A stretch of DNA of 64,000 bases from Eledone cirrhosa (Eukaryota), in assembly GCA_964016885.1 (NCBI GenBank), contig OZ024742.1:260710001-260774000 (forward strand). Direction: 5' to 3'. Within the stretch, counting starts at the first letter, position 1; each line of letters opens with the position of its first letter. Under the pieces are notes generated by a model. The model was given only the letters and a program-made list of their open reading frames with translations, did no database searches and was not told the origin of the DNA. The position numbers and the translations under genes were made by a program. Shown here one piece after another: positions 12,006 to 23,280 of the stretch.

Positions 12006-13000
12006 GTCACCATTATGTAGCGAATAGATGTATTCTTTGCAGGATGAATGATAAAAAGAATGATGAAGAATTGTGATGTTGATGTTTATTTTATAATAAT
12101 AAAATCACAACAGTAATTATCACTATATTAATTGTCTTACTAGCTACTTCGAGTTAGCGTGAATGCATGTATCAAATAAAACAATACAGTAGAAGTTATG
12201 TTATACTTTTCAATAGTAGAGAAATGACAGCAAGTCGAAAGGGTAGATAAAATGTAGTAGGGAAGAAAATAAGGAAGTGTGTGTGTGTTTATCCTTAGCA
12301 TACGTGGTTCCTGTAGTAGTGTCAATCTGTCGAGCTGGTAGTTGTGAGAGAATAGTAGGTAGAAGACTGATTTCGTGAAGAGAATCTATAGCATTAATAG
12401 AACTGTTCTTCTGTTGTCTGAGTTAATAACTATCTCTGGTTCGGTTCTCGAAGCGATTGTATTTAGAATACTATAGCTAGTGAAACAATAGTGGCCATGT
12501 GTCTATTGTCTGTCAAGTGGTATATAACATTTATCATAGTTGTCTTTTGACAAGACAATGGTGGAAATTCCTAACAATAGGTGGTTTTTGAGGTGAGAAA
12601 TTTTGGATTCGATTTCGAATCTTCGCCAAGTAAAACATAGAAGAATTCTGTTACAGTACAAAGCTAAAGATTGAACGATCTAGGTGTATATGAAATTAAG
12701 ATAGGTATGGCTTGATGTGCGGGGTTGCAGTATCAGATTATGTTATAATACAGAGGACTATTTCTCTCGATGTATAATTTGTATGATGCTTTCCCAGTGA
12801 GTCGGGGAAGTCATGATTGGATTGAGGTTTATGCTATGACATGAGTGTGTGCAATTTCAAATTGCGTGCTAGAGTGAGTCCAGGCGAGTTGAGTCCCAGA
12901 GTTTCATGTGTCGATAGCTGTTGCCGTACCTCAACCAGGTGAAAAGTGACATCGCAGAATCCCCACACGAATCAAGAACATACATTATAGATAACAAAAT
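12006..13000 (-). mobile_element. Probable Gypsy LTR with PBS (extent uncertain)
   Basis: GTCACCATTATGTAGC(G/A)AATAGATGTATTCTTTGCAGGATGAATGATAAAAA is shared with 14261-14312; on minus strand LTR-terminal ...CTACA then TAA then TGGTGAC. Confidence 0.5.
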
Positions 13001-13100
13001 GTTTATGTGTAAAAAGAAATGATGTGTTTGATGCAAAACGTGTATGTGCATGCAGGCATATAATACAGTGAAAATAAACGTTCATATATAACCTGTAAAA

Positions 13101-13141
<41 letters not shown>

Positions 13142-13249
13142 GTTCTAAACAAAAAGTTCAGTTTTTCTTTTCTTTGTTTATTTTTTATTTTTGGTATAAG
13201 AATGTTATCGTTTCTTGCTAGGAAGCTAGTAGTGTTGTCTGTTGTTGAA

Positions 13250-14312
13250 GACGATGAAGCAATTTCTCGGGTGAAAAACAGGCGCCCTTTGTTGTTGGGG
13301 CCAGAGACGTTCGTCACATTGTCTCTGGTTGTCGTTTCCCTGATTAGATGTTAACACCAATAAATAGGGAGGGCTGCACTTGTGCACCTGCTCTCCGAAT
13401 GTACGGTGGTACCAACACATTACTGACGAATGACGAGATGTACTCGGACTTCTGAAGTAATCACTGAATCGACAAGTTCGAATTCTAGATCGGTGCATGG
13501 AAGGGTTATCGAGTGACAGGACCTGTATTTGTGTTGCTTGCTATGACAGTAAAGAGAGGAATTCGGGCATCTCTGTGGCACTGGAGGATTGAAGGAAAGG
13601 ATTGGTGGAAGGAACGGCTGGCGTTACATTAACTAAGGTTGAGTGCAAATATGGTACTTCCATGATTTTATCTGCCAGCTCAGCAAGTTCTTCAATGGAG
13701 ATTGATTCTCTGGTAGACGCTAGAACAGCTTGTGTGGTAGAAGGCAAATACTGGAGGAAGAGTTGTTTAAAAATTTCATCTGGGAGGGTATGTTCTCTCA
13801 GAAGCTGCTTCATCTGTTGTAGGAGTTGCGTTGGCTATTTATCTCCAAATTCTTCCACTATAAGGAGCTGGTGTAGGCGGTTTTGCTGCGACTCCGACGT
13901 CCTCTTAATTATTGTTTTGAATGTGTCAGATGACAGAGCCAAGTGGTGTCAAAATCAGGTCTTGGACAACGTTCATGATCTCCGGAGACATCGAACCAAT
14001 GAAGTGAGTTAGACGAGTTGCCTCGCTAACAATCTGGTTCGATGCAGACTGAGCTTCTATATGCACAAACCATAGGACTGGGTTGTGTACCCAGAATGGT
14101 GGTATTCTCAACGTATTTGCTGCTTCAACTGCCATATCTGTAGTGGAGGAGTCATCGTGCATTAGAGACATCGATGAGTCGTGAAGTCTTGCAATGAAGT
14201 GAAGAATGTGATTCGCAAGTGTCAATAGTTGAAGTGAAGGCTGTGTTACTTTAGCTCACAGTCACCATTATGTAGCAAATAGATGTATTCTTTGCAGGAT
14301 GAATGATAAAAA
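13250..14312 (-). mobile_element. Gypsy gag relic with PBS and LTR stub
   Basis: IPPFWVHNPVLWFVHIEAQ...LFLQYLP...LAELADKIME...CWYHRTFGEQVHKCSPP; GGGAAAC slippery site near 13335; PBS at 14261-14267. Confidence 0.85.
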
Positions 14313-14780
14313 AAAATGAAATCAATTTGGCTGACGGGGTCACCTGATCTATATGTGATTAGGTGGCTGTCTCGTTTTCTTAAGTTCGTGTTACAGATAA
14401 ATAGGTCATTTGCGTCACAGAATTCCAGTAGTCTGAAGCTTTCCTTGTTTCTAATGCCATACCCGTAACCCCTGTGGATTCCATCAAAGACCTTGCAGAG
14501 TTGTCCCTCATTTCCGTTGAAGTCAACTGCAATGAGTAGGAAGTCATCGTCATTTATTTGGGAGGTAGTGTGCATTAGGGATTCATAGAACCTGTCTTTT
14601 TGTATGTCAGGGAGTCCAGATTGAGGAGCGTCAGCAGATATAATTGTCATGGTTGTTCTGTTTAGTACATGTCTAAGTTTAATTATTGTCATTTACTCTA
14701 GTTACAGCAATAACTTTGTTTACCCACTTTTCTGCTACCAAAATCGCTATTCCACCCAGCCCATTGTCATTTCCCACCCA
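14313..14780 (-). mobile_element. RTE-clade LINE endonuclease fragment
   Basis: IISADAPQSG...DFNG...GYGYGIRNKE..RLLEFC...NT...HLITYRSG...QIDFI. Confidence 0.85.
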
Positions 14781-14904
14781 ATGTTTATGTGTTTGTTTTG
14801 CAAGATGTTTAATGTGAAATTATATGTTGAAACAGATAGTTATGTTTGGGGATGTTTGCCAAAATTGCCTATAAAAAGACTAACTATTTGATTTCCATTT
14901 CAGC

Positions 14905-15128
14905 TTTGGAATGGCAGAATTGTTAAAGCTCCAGAAAAAATGCTTTGCAGCATATAGTTATGGCCCTTTACGTTCTGAGTTCAAATTCCACTGAAATTAG
15001 CTTTGCCTTTCATTCTTATGGGGTTGATAAAATAAAGTACCAGTAACATACTGGGGCGATTTAATCAACTTTCCCCTCTCCCAAAATTGTTGGTCTTGTG
15101 TCTAAATCAGAAACCATTATTAATTATT
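14905..15128 (+). mobile_element. tRNA-derived SINE with Meta/MESC-like central domain
   Basis: B-box GAGTTCAAATTCC followed by CTTTGCCTTTCATTCTTATGGGGTTGATAAAATAAAGTACCAG; (ATT)n tail; related copies at 46128 and 61820. Confidence 0.75.
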
Positions 15129-15635
15129 CAAGACAACATAGAGTAAATAAAATAAGAGACAAAGAAGAAAATAGTCACTGAGGAGGTCACAGAATGTGTG
15201 ACAAAAGAACTTTGATGAACTAATGAATAACTAACAAGAATGAAGTGAAAAAATGGTGCATATGTTTTTATTGGCAATTTTGTGGCAACATGACCATACC
15301 TTAATATAACAATATTTATAGATATATATTGTTTTAAATATATATATATAAGAAACGTTTTCAACCCCTGTTGATTCAGACAAGTGTTCCACTAGTTTGA
15401 ACAGGAGTAGTTAACAGTTGACAGCAGCTATGAAGTGTTCAATTAACCAATTAAAAGATGTAATGTGATCTCAGATAGACTGACAGTATGGAATAATGGG
15501 CATTGAAGCATTTATGATGATGATGATGATTATGATGTAATAAAATGCTTAACACTGATATACATAAATAAATTCATTTATTATAAAATATATTGATACT
15601 GGTATTTAACTAGTCATGTGGTGCCTATTGTTATA

Positions 15636-15930
15636 TATCATCATCATCATTTTACGTCCGCTTTTCCCTGCTTGCAAGGGTGGGACGGGAACTGTTTCTG
15701 GCTTAATTTCTACAGCTGGGTGCCCTTCCTAACACCAACCTCATTTACAGTGAGTGCTGGGTGCTTTTTTGCCGTGGAACCTCCACGACCACTTTACAGT
15801 GGAATGATAGAGACTGGGGTCCCTATCATTTCTATAGCTGAGTAAACTGGGGCAATGTGAAATAAAGTGTCTTGCTCAAGGAAACATCACCCGGTCTGAG
15901 AATTGAACTCACAACCTTTCGATTGCAAGG
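15636..15930 (-). mobile_element. tRNA-derived SINE with RTE-like (ATG)n tail
   Basis: Minus strand: GGTTGTGAGTTCAATTC B-box, CCTTGAGCAAGACACTTTATTTCAC domain, (GAT)n tail; close copy at 16492-16845. Confidence 0.75.
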
Positions 15931-15939
15931 CCACTTGGA

Positions 15940-16490
15940 TACCTATGAGTGACACTAAATATATCACATTGCTACGGTCTTTCTTCCATGTGACTGTTTA
16001 TGTAAAGATAAATGGCCAACTTTAGAGAATGTTTTACCACATCTATGTTCGCCTTTCCTCTGTGTCAGTACTTATACAATAAACAACTCCTTAGAGAAAA
16101 TGTTTGTCGCAGATATTAAGATGTTACAGACTCTCTCTTGTGTTAATGTAAATTACTATTTTGAGAGAATGTTTTACCATGGATATCACAGCGATCTGGT
16201 TTCTCTCCCATATAGACACATCTATGGGTCATGACCCCTTTCAGTGAATTTTTTACCACAGATATCACTCCTGTATGGATACATTTGTGTTGAATTCAAT
16301 GACTATTTGTAGAAAACCTTTTACCATAGATTTTACATTGGTGTGGTTTCTCTTTTGTTTCAAACAACCTACCAATTAGAGAGAACTTTGTACCATAGGG
16401 GTCAGAGTGGTATGGTCTGTGTGAGTATGTATGTGAATAGACAAATTACTGTTTGTATAACACTTTATCACAGCAGTATGGTCTCTCACC
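15940..16490 (-). pseudogene. Decayed C2H2 finger repeats downstream of ZNF gene
   Basis: Recurrent GAGAATGTTTTACCA / GATATCAC motifs (antisense of CDICGKTFS) at roughly 84-bp spacing with stops and indels. Confidence 0.7.
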
Positions 16491-16491
16491 T

Positions 16492-16845
16492 ATCATCATC
16501 ATCATTTTTACATCAGCTTTTCACTGATTGCAAGGATGGGGCTGAAACGGATTCTGGCTTGATTTCTACATCTGGATGCCCTTCCTAACACCAACCTCAT
16601 TTACAGTGAGTGCTGGCTGCTTTTTTCTGTGGCGCCTACATGTCCACTTTACAGTGTGGGTTGGGTGTTTTTTTGCCGAGGCACCTCCACGACCACTTTG
16701 CAGTGGAATGATAGGGACCCCAGTCCTATGATCTCATTTCTACAGCTGAGTAAACTGGAGCAATGTGAAATAAAGTGTCTTGCTCAAGGAAACAACACAT
16801 CACTCGGTCTGAGAATTGAACTCACAACCTTTCGATTGCAAGCCC
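16492..16845 (-). mobile_element. tRNA-derived RTE-tailed SINE inserted in the ZNF array
   Basis: Near-identical to 15636-15930 with one extra internal repeat unit; overlaps the end of the ZNF ORF. Confidence 0.8.
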
Positions 16846-18008
16846 AATGTGCCTCCATGTGAATACATTTTGTGTTTAGAAAAGATAATACTTAGAGAGA
16901 ATGTTTTACCACAGATATCACAATGGTATCGATTCTTCCCTGTGTGAATACGTTTATGTATAGTCAAATCATTTTTTCTAGAAAATGTTTTTCGACAGAT
17001 ATTACAATGGTATGGTTTCTCACTTGTGTGGGTAAATTTGTGGTAAAGCAAATTATCATTTCTATAAAATGTTTCACCACAGGTATCACAGCGGCATGGT
17101 TCTTCTCTTTTATGACTATGTTTGTGAGTAGACAATTTATCCGCTGTTGAGAATTTTTCACTGCATATAGTACAGTGGTATGGCTTCTTTCCTATGTGGA
17201 TGCGTTGGTGTTTAGAAAAACTACGAATTACAGAAAATGTTTCACCACAGTAGTCACAATGGTATGGTCGTTCTCCTGTGTGAATTAATTTGTGGGCAGC
17301 TAAATGATCACTTTTAGAAAATGCTTTACCACAGACATCACATTGGTATGGTCTTTCTCCTGTTTGAATACATTTGTGGGACGTCAACTGATTCACTGTG
17401 GCAAATGTTTCATCACAGACATAACATTGATATCGATTTTCTCTTTTGTGTTTACGTTTATGGGAAGATAATTCACCAGGCATTAAGAACGTTTTACCAC
17501 ATATATCACAGTGGTATCGCTTCTCTCCTTTGTGGATGACTTTGTGTTTAGTTAAACTACCATTTCCAGGAAATGTTTCACCACATATATTACAGCGGTA
17601 TGGTCTTTCTCCTGAGTGGATAAATTTATGTTTAATAAATGAGACATTTGTAGAAAATGTTTTACCACAGATATCACAGCAATATGGTTTTTCTCCTGTT
17701 TTAATACATGTGTGGGATGTCAATTGATCAACTGCAGAAAACTTTTTATCGCATATATAACATTTATATAGTTTTTTTCCTGTGTGGACAGCTGTGTGTT
17801 TAGTTAGCAACTGTTGGCTAGTGAATCCCTTACCACAAATTTCACAATAGTACAGCTTAAAAATTGAGTGAATTAATTGGGGTTGAATTAAAATATTTCC
17901 TGCTGAAAATAACTTCAAACAGATATCAGAAGAGTGTGATGTCTCTTCTGTATTTTCTTGTGTGTCAGTAAATAAATCAATATTTTCAGCCTGTGTTTTC
18001 TCACCCAT
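16800..18008 (-). CDS. C2H2 zinc-finger protein, about 12 fingers (2-3 non-canonical)
   Basis: ORF 16800-18149 with CxxC...HxxxH repeats and TGEKPY/TGERPY linkers; likely start MGEKTQ at 18008 by analogy with paralogs; candidate acceptor TTTTATTTCAG at 18403. Confidence 0.88.
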   Translation of the reverse strand: MGEKTQAENIDLFTDTQENTEETSHSSDICLKLFSAGNILIQPQLIHSIFKLYYCEICGKGFTSQQLLTKHTAVHTGKKLYKCYICDKKFSAVDQLTSHTCIKTGEKPYCCDICGKTFSTNVSFIKHKFIHSGERPYRCNICGETFPGNGSLTKHKVIHKGEKRYHCDICGKTFLMPGELSSHKRKHKRENRYQCYVCDETFATVNQLTSHKCIQTGERPYQCDVCGKAFSKSDHLAAHKLIHTGERPYHCDYCGETFSVIRSFSKHQRIHIGKKPYHCTICSEKFSTADKLSTHKHSHKREEPCRCDTCGETFYRNDNLLYHKFTHTSEKPYHCNICRKTFSRKNDLTIHKRIHTGKNRYHCDICGKTFSLSIIFSKHKMYSHGGTLGLQSKGCEFNSQTE

Positions 18009-18719
18009 AATTTCCTCTTTTAATCTCTCTATATATATATGATGGTATTTGTTTAAGTCTGAAGATATTTTGACTGTTAAAACAGATCTTGCAGTGGATT
18101 TTTTGGGATAGAATGTTGTAATTAATAGCCAGCAACTAAAGTCATTCATCTAACTCCAATTAACAAGATATATCCACATATGGAAGTCTTTACAAACAGG
18201 ACAATTAAAACATCAGGATAAATAATTCCAGTTAATCTAAATCTCTGTTTATATATTTGTTGCAAATAATCTCAATTCCAAGGAAATATTTCACTTGTAG
18301 AAACAGGCTAACATCAGGTTGATGAAGATAGTTTTACTCTTCAAAAATTGATATGTTGATTATCTTCAGTGAAATATTTTTATCTCAATGTCATCAGATA
18401 ACCTGAAATAAAAAGACAGCCTATGACATAAGGGACAATGAAATGTTAATATGAAGATCATTGAAGAGAAGATATTTGACCAGAGATATTAAAGTTAGAA
18501 TAGTAAGAAACAGCTAGAAGATATTTACAGAGAAAAGACACTTTGGTATAGAGATGTTGTGGAAATGGATGATGCAGACTGATGACTATGTTAAACTTGT
18601 AAAAATCTATCTCTATTTTTGTGTGTATGAAGAGAATAACAAAAGTGTTTTCACAGATGCGTTTTTATGGTGAAGCTTATAAACTGTTGTTATAATTTAA
18701 ATTCTTTGTTTAATATATG

Positions 18720-19085
18720 AGGGAAAGTGACATCCGAACGAGTATCCTCCATTACAACTAACTTACCCTCCGCCTCTAGGTCTCAGCCGACAGGATGGAG
18801 AATACATTGCCCCAAGGACAGTGAGGGAGACACGTTAGAACAGCCAGTCCATAGCAGTAAGTAGGGATGTGGTCCGGGGTAAAGGTGAAGAACGCCGGAA
18901 GTCTCCACTGCTACAGACTCAACCACAAACCTATCCGAGAGCAGCCGATACTTGGACAGTTTGCCCTCTTCAGCATGGCGGGCAGCAGAGCCTGGGCTGG
19001 TAGCCGAACGCACCAGGGTGCCACTTGAGTAGGTGTCACAGCATATGGCATCCCAGATAAGGAGTCTACCTTTGTGGAACGAGAA
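18720..19085 (-). mobile_element. CRE-clade 3' fragment (restriction-like endonuclease)
   Basis: GRLLIWDAICCDTY...AARHAEEGKLSKY...VAVETSGVL motif. Confidence 0.75.
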
Positions 19086-19223
19086 GATTATCTTAAATGT
19101 TCTCATAAATGCTAGTTTTGCATAAATATTTATCATTTAATTAATCTGCAGTATGTAACTGTTTAGAATAGGTAATAAAAAAAAAAAAAACCTTTTATAT
19201 TTACACATCTACATCATCTACAC

Positions 19224-19409
19224 CAAGCATGTCAAACATGCGGCCCTTTACAAGCACACCTGCGGTCCGCACTGAGTTTTTTACAGCGCGAGTAATGTAA
19301 AATTTTAAAAATTAGTTGTAATGTGCGCAATTAGTTGTCGTGTGTGGCCCTCAGACAACACATATGTGACCCATGTGGACCTCGGGGGACCCTCATTTTG
19401 ACATGCCTG
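19224..19409. mobile_element. hAT (Charlie-like) MITE
   Basis: TIRs CAAGCATGTCAAA / TTTGACATGCCTG; 8-bp TSD ATCTACAC / ATCTATAC (7 of 8); subterminal GCGGCCC. Confidence 0.8.
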
Positions 19410-19962
19410 ATCTATACCATTCCTGCTCCCTGCAAGGTTCAGCTTTCTTCTTAATGCCATCCAATCTCAAGGGTAATGTCAGATTTTATATAGAAACGTA
19501 ATATCATTTCGACAACTATGATTTGCTAATTCCTTTTTTTTTTAATATCTTAATCAACACCTTCGAAATTATATCTTTGTAACAAAATTGAGTAAATTTA
19601 TAGAAAAGCACCAGCTAGGGTTCACTGATACAAACATTTTTTTCGCTTTTTTAATTTGAAGGGATAAAATATACAGAGAAGTAATTAAACATTAAACTTT
19701 AGCCAAAATCTCAATTTGGAGGGTTATAAGCTGGACTGACTAAAATAAATCAGTTTTACTCATATAGTCTCCGAACCATGGTTTCTGAAATCGAGAAACA
19801 ATATTGTTTCAAAACATTGGAACAACCAATATTGGAAGAATTTGAATCAGTCATAAGGGAAGAATTCTTTGGACTAAAAGGAGATATTGAATATAAAGTA
19901 TATATACTATGTAGTTGCCGATGGTGTCCAACATGCTACTTCATTGAACTACTAAATGAACA

Positions 19963-20015
<53 letters not shown>

Positions 20016-20129
20016 ATAATAATAATAATAAATTTGAAGACTAAAATCCAAAGAGGGCTCGATAAGGATAGATATATATCAAATATATAAGAACCGTAGA
20101 GCAAATATTTATTAAAATAACAGATTAAA

Positions 20130-20178
20130 GTTTAAGCAAAGAATCGCTGCTTTCACCCTTAACGGGATCTTCTGAAAC
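20130..20178 (-). ncRNA. Variant or degenerate type I hammerhead ribozyme in Penelope terminal repeat
   Basis: Minus strand GTTT-CAGAAGA-TCCC GTTAA GGGT-GAAA-GCA...TGC-TT-AAAC; core differs from CUGANGA at U4. Confidence 0.55.
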
Positions 20179-20264
20179 TAACAAAGTCAATCTGTAAACG
20201 CAGAACTGGATATTTCAAAAAACGTTGCAACCGGAGGAAGACAGGAAGACGATACTTTGGTTCG

Positions 20265-20525
20265 TGGAAACGTTCGCTGGCAAAGAAGGGGAAAAAACGA
20301 ATAATACGTCATTAATAGGAGTGGTGAAAAACAATTACGCGCAAAGACAGAACCACGTTTATGGTATAAAAGAGGTCGTAGACTAATGTTCTCTTAGGTG
20401 GTGCATAGAGACGTTCTCTGGTAATGAACGAAAAAACGAAGATAATACGTCAATGTGGAGCGTGGAGAACAATAGCACGCAAAGACAAAACCACGTAAAT
20501 GGTATAGCAGAAGTCGTAGACTAAA
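20265..20525. repeat. Two diverged ~140-bp tandem units in Penelope UTR
   Basis: ACGTTC.CTGG...AAAAAACGAA..TAATACGTCA...CGCAAAGACA.AACCACGT..ATGGTATA...GTCGTAGACTAA twice. Confidence 0.7.
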
Positions 20526-21088
20526 ATTCTAACTAGGAGACCAAATGAATCTCCGCTACAGAGTTAAGAACAAAGTAAATAAATACCGAAGTAATAGAAA
20601 TAAATAAATACATACACGCAAACAAATACATACATACACAAGCATACGCAAAACCTTACCATAGGTATACTAAACCACGAACATATAAATATGTGTGTGT
20701 GTGTATGCGTGTATACAAATAAATAATTATATAAACGTATATAAATAAATACATACGTATATAACAAGCGCACACACATAACTACATATAAATACACGAA
20801 TGTTCGGAGACGTAAGTCAACTAAAACAAGAAATACACATATACACACACCCACCATACGTACGAACCTGCATACTCACACAGACGCAAAACTCCCGTAT
20901 TCACATAGCCAAACCCTATGTACCAGAATATATAAAAAATTACAATCAAATAAACGTACGAGAAGGTATACGTACCTTCACAAAACATACGGGTAATATA
21001 TACTTACCTATGCAAATAAGTAAAGGAATAAACAAAACATATACTTAGCTCCCACATCAAGACGTAAAATATCCACGTATAGATCGTA

Positions 21089-22014
21089 CTATCCGTTAGG
21101 GTATAACGTGGGGCTGTAATACCGGAAAGTTTTGTGCAATTTATGTTTACAAGCCGAAATTGCCTCAGATTTTTTGTTTAAGATGTAGTCTGTGGCGTAG
21201 AGTATTTCCAGGGCCTCAGCGGCGCAGAGGTCACATGGTCTTTTATTTCCGTTATACGATCTAGTCCTAGCTAGGATCTCCCAGTGTAACCTATATTGGG
21301 TGTGGTTGTCTTTTAGACTCCAGATATAAGCTGAAAGTGACGTCATATTCCTTCTTAGAGGGTAACGAAAAGAATGGGTATGCATGTAAAGACGCTGCTT
21401 GAAACTATTGGCGGTTAACCCTATGTAGGCCCTACGGGACGTGGGTGTTACAACCTTACATTTGTAGACAATGTTACTAGAGAGGCATTTCCCGGATTGG
21501 GGGCAATCAGTTCGATTCCTACAATTACAGTTAGTACTAACTAGAGGGTTGCACGTGTTCCTACGGCTAGGTAGTTTAGCTAAATTTGAAGCTGTGATGT
21601 TATGTGCAAGGTTAGGAGTCGTAGAGTAAGACATTTTAATAGTATTTCTATTAAAATTTTACTATATTTATGTGTAGGGGGAAAATGCTTCGTAATAAGG
21701 GAAAGAAAGATCTTAGCTAATGGTGTGGCCACCTCCATATTATATGGCGGGTTATACCAACAAATGCGATGGGATCTATTTCTTCTAGGTCTATTTTCGT
21801 ACTCTGTATATGCTACCTTATCGACAAATCCACTTCGAGCAAGAGCTTCATTGTAATAAGTGGAATGGTCGTTGAAAATACGCTCGTTGGTGGAAAGACG
21901 GGAAAGCCTCAACGAAACGTTTCTTACCAGGTTCTTGGTTATGCTGGCAGGATGGTTGGAATGCTTACTTATGTAATTAAGCGTATCATTCGGCTTTCTA
22001 TACAGGTAATACAA
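21089..22014 (-). pseudogene. Penelope-like RT C-terminus + Cys-rich linker + GIY-YIG endonuclease, one frameshift
   Basis: ORFs 21580-22014 and 21089-21634; WYNPPYN, CNCRNRTDCPQSGKC, YIGLT, CDLCAAE, LNKKSE. Confidence 0.88.
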
Positions 22015-22243
22015 CCCATCGCTCCTATTAATGACGTATTATTCGTTTTTTCCCCTTCTTTGCCAGCGAACGTTTCCACGAACCAAAGTATCGTCTTCCT
22101 GTCTTCCTCCGGTTGCAACGTTTTTTGAAATATCCAGTTCTGCGTTTACAGATTGACTTTGTTAGTTTCAGAAGATCCCGTTAAGGGTGAAAGCAGCTTA
22201 AACTTTAATCTGTTATTTTAATATATATATATATATATATATA

Positions 22244-22540
22244 CAGGGTGCGGATGATATTTGTTCGCAAGATTACTGTCTAGGAAAAAATAACACAGTA
22301 GTTTTATTTTTTAAGATATATTTATCAAACTTGGGTCAGTTTGTCTTCATGACTTGTTCTTTCGATCTCACTCGTTAAACCCGCCATTGGCTTTGATGAC
22401 GGCCTCGGAACCGGCTACAGGACTTCGTCACTGTCCCCCCGACTTAGGCCCCTAAAGGCAGTTGTAATCCTGGCCTTCAGATCGTCTTTCGTATTGCAGC
22501 TAGATCTGTTGGTGTCTCGTTCCACTGCGCCCCAGTAGAC
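22244..22540 (-). mobile_element. Tc1/mariner 3' end with TIR
   Basis: Minus translation VYWGAVERDTNRSSCNTKDDLKARI...IKANGGFNE*; terminus TA-CAGGGTG. Confidence 0.75.
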
Positions 22541-23044
22541 AACTGATGAGCCCCCCCCCCCCCCCTTCTTGCTTTCTTCGTATTCTCACTGCATTTTAAG
22601 TTATCTTAAATAGCAACTACACAACCATTTCTATTCTCCATATATTTCATGTTTTTCGCTGTGACTATTCTTCTCAACCCCTTCTACCGACCTATTTCGC
22701 CACTTTCTACTCTCACCCTTCTTTCTTCCTATCTACTCTTACCCCACTTTCACCCCCTCGCCTACCGTTTAGCAGTTCTCTTCTCACTTACAACTGATTT
22801 AGCTGGAGTATCATTAATATTATTAATAAATGGAAAATATCTTTATAAAACCATATTTATTTTATTATAGGTATTTCATGGGTACTAATATTTAAGTACG
22901 TTTCGTCAGATAAAATATAATAATCGGTGTCAAGATAGTGACATATCTTCATGTGAACTTAATGGTATAAGTCCAGTGAAGGTATATATATATATTAGGA
23001 CAATATGATAGGCTTATAATGACGCTAGAAATAGCAGAGGCATG

Positions 23045-23124
<80 letters not shown>

Positions 23125-23129
23125 TAGAG

Positions 23130-23280
23130 AGTGAGGGTCCGATGGCTGAACTCTTGCCGTTTGGACAGCAAATTCCAAATTTGAGTACTCTGCTGAATAA
23201 TTACCCTAGTGCATTACTGGTGCTTTATTTTATCGATCCAGTAAGGATGAAAGGCAAAGTTAACCTCGGTGGGATAATGG
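23130..23280 (-). mobile_element. Meta-domain SINE fragment
   Basis: CTGGTGCTTTATTTTATCGATCC...GGATGAAAGGCAAAGTTAACCTCGG is antisense to the 46128 copy. Confidence 0.7.

Larger units (their letters stand above)
20030..22222 (-). mobile_element. Penelope-like element, 5'-truncated, with inverted terminal repeat, between (TA)n tracts
   Basis: RT thumb (YRKPNDTLNYISKHSNHP) and GIY-YIG (NIVYKC...YIGLT...FKQRLYMH) ORFs; 22022-22222 is an inverted copy of about 20110-20320. Confidence 0.9.

Noticed and set aside
16923-17727. Antisense and alternative-frame ORFs over ZNF exons (also 37797, 52189, 52289)
   Set aside because: Typical shadow ORFs of 84-bp finger repeats
22543-22565. CTGATGAG as hammerhead core
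   Set aside because: Followed by poly-C with no stem II or GAAA
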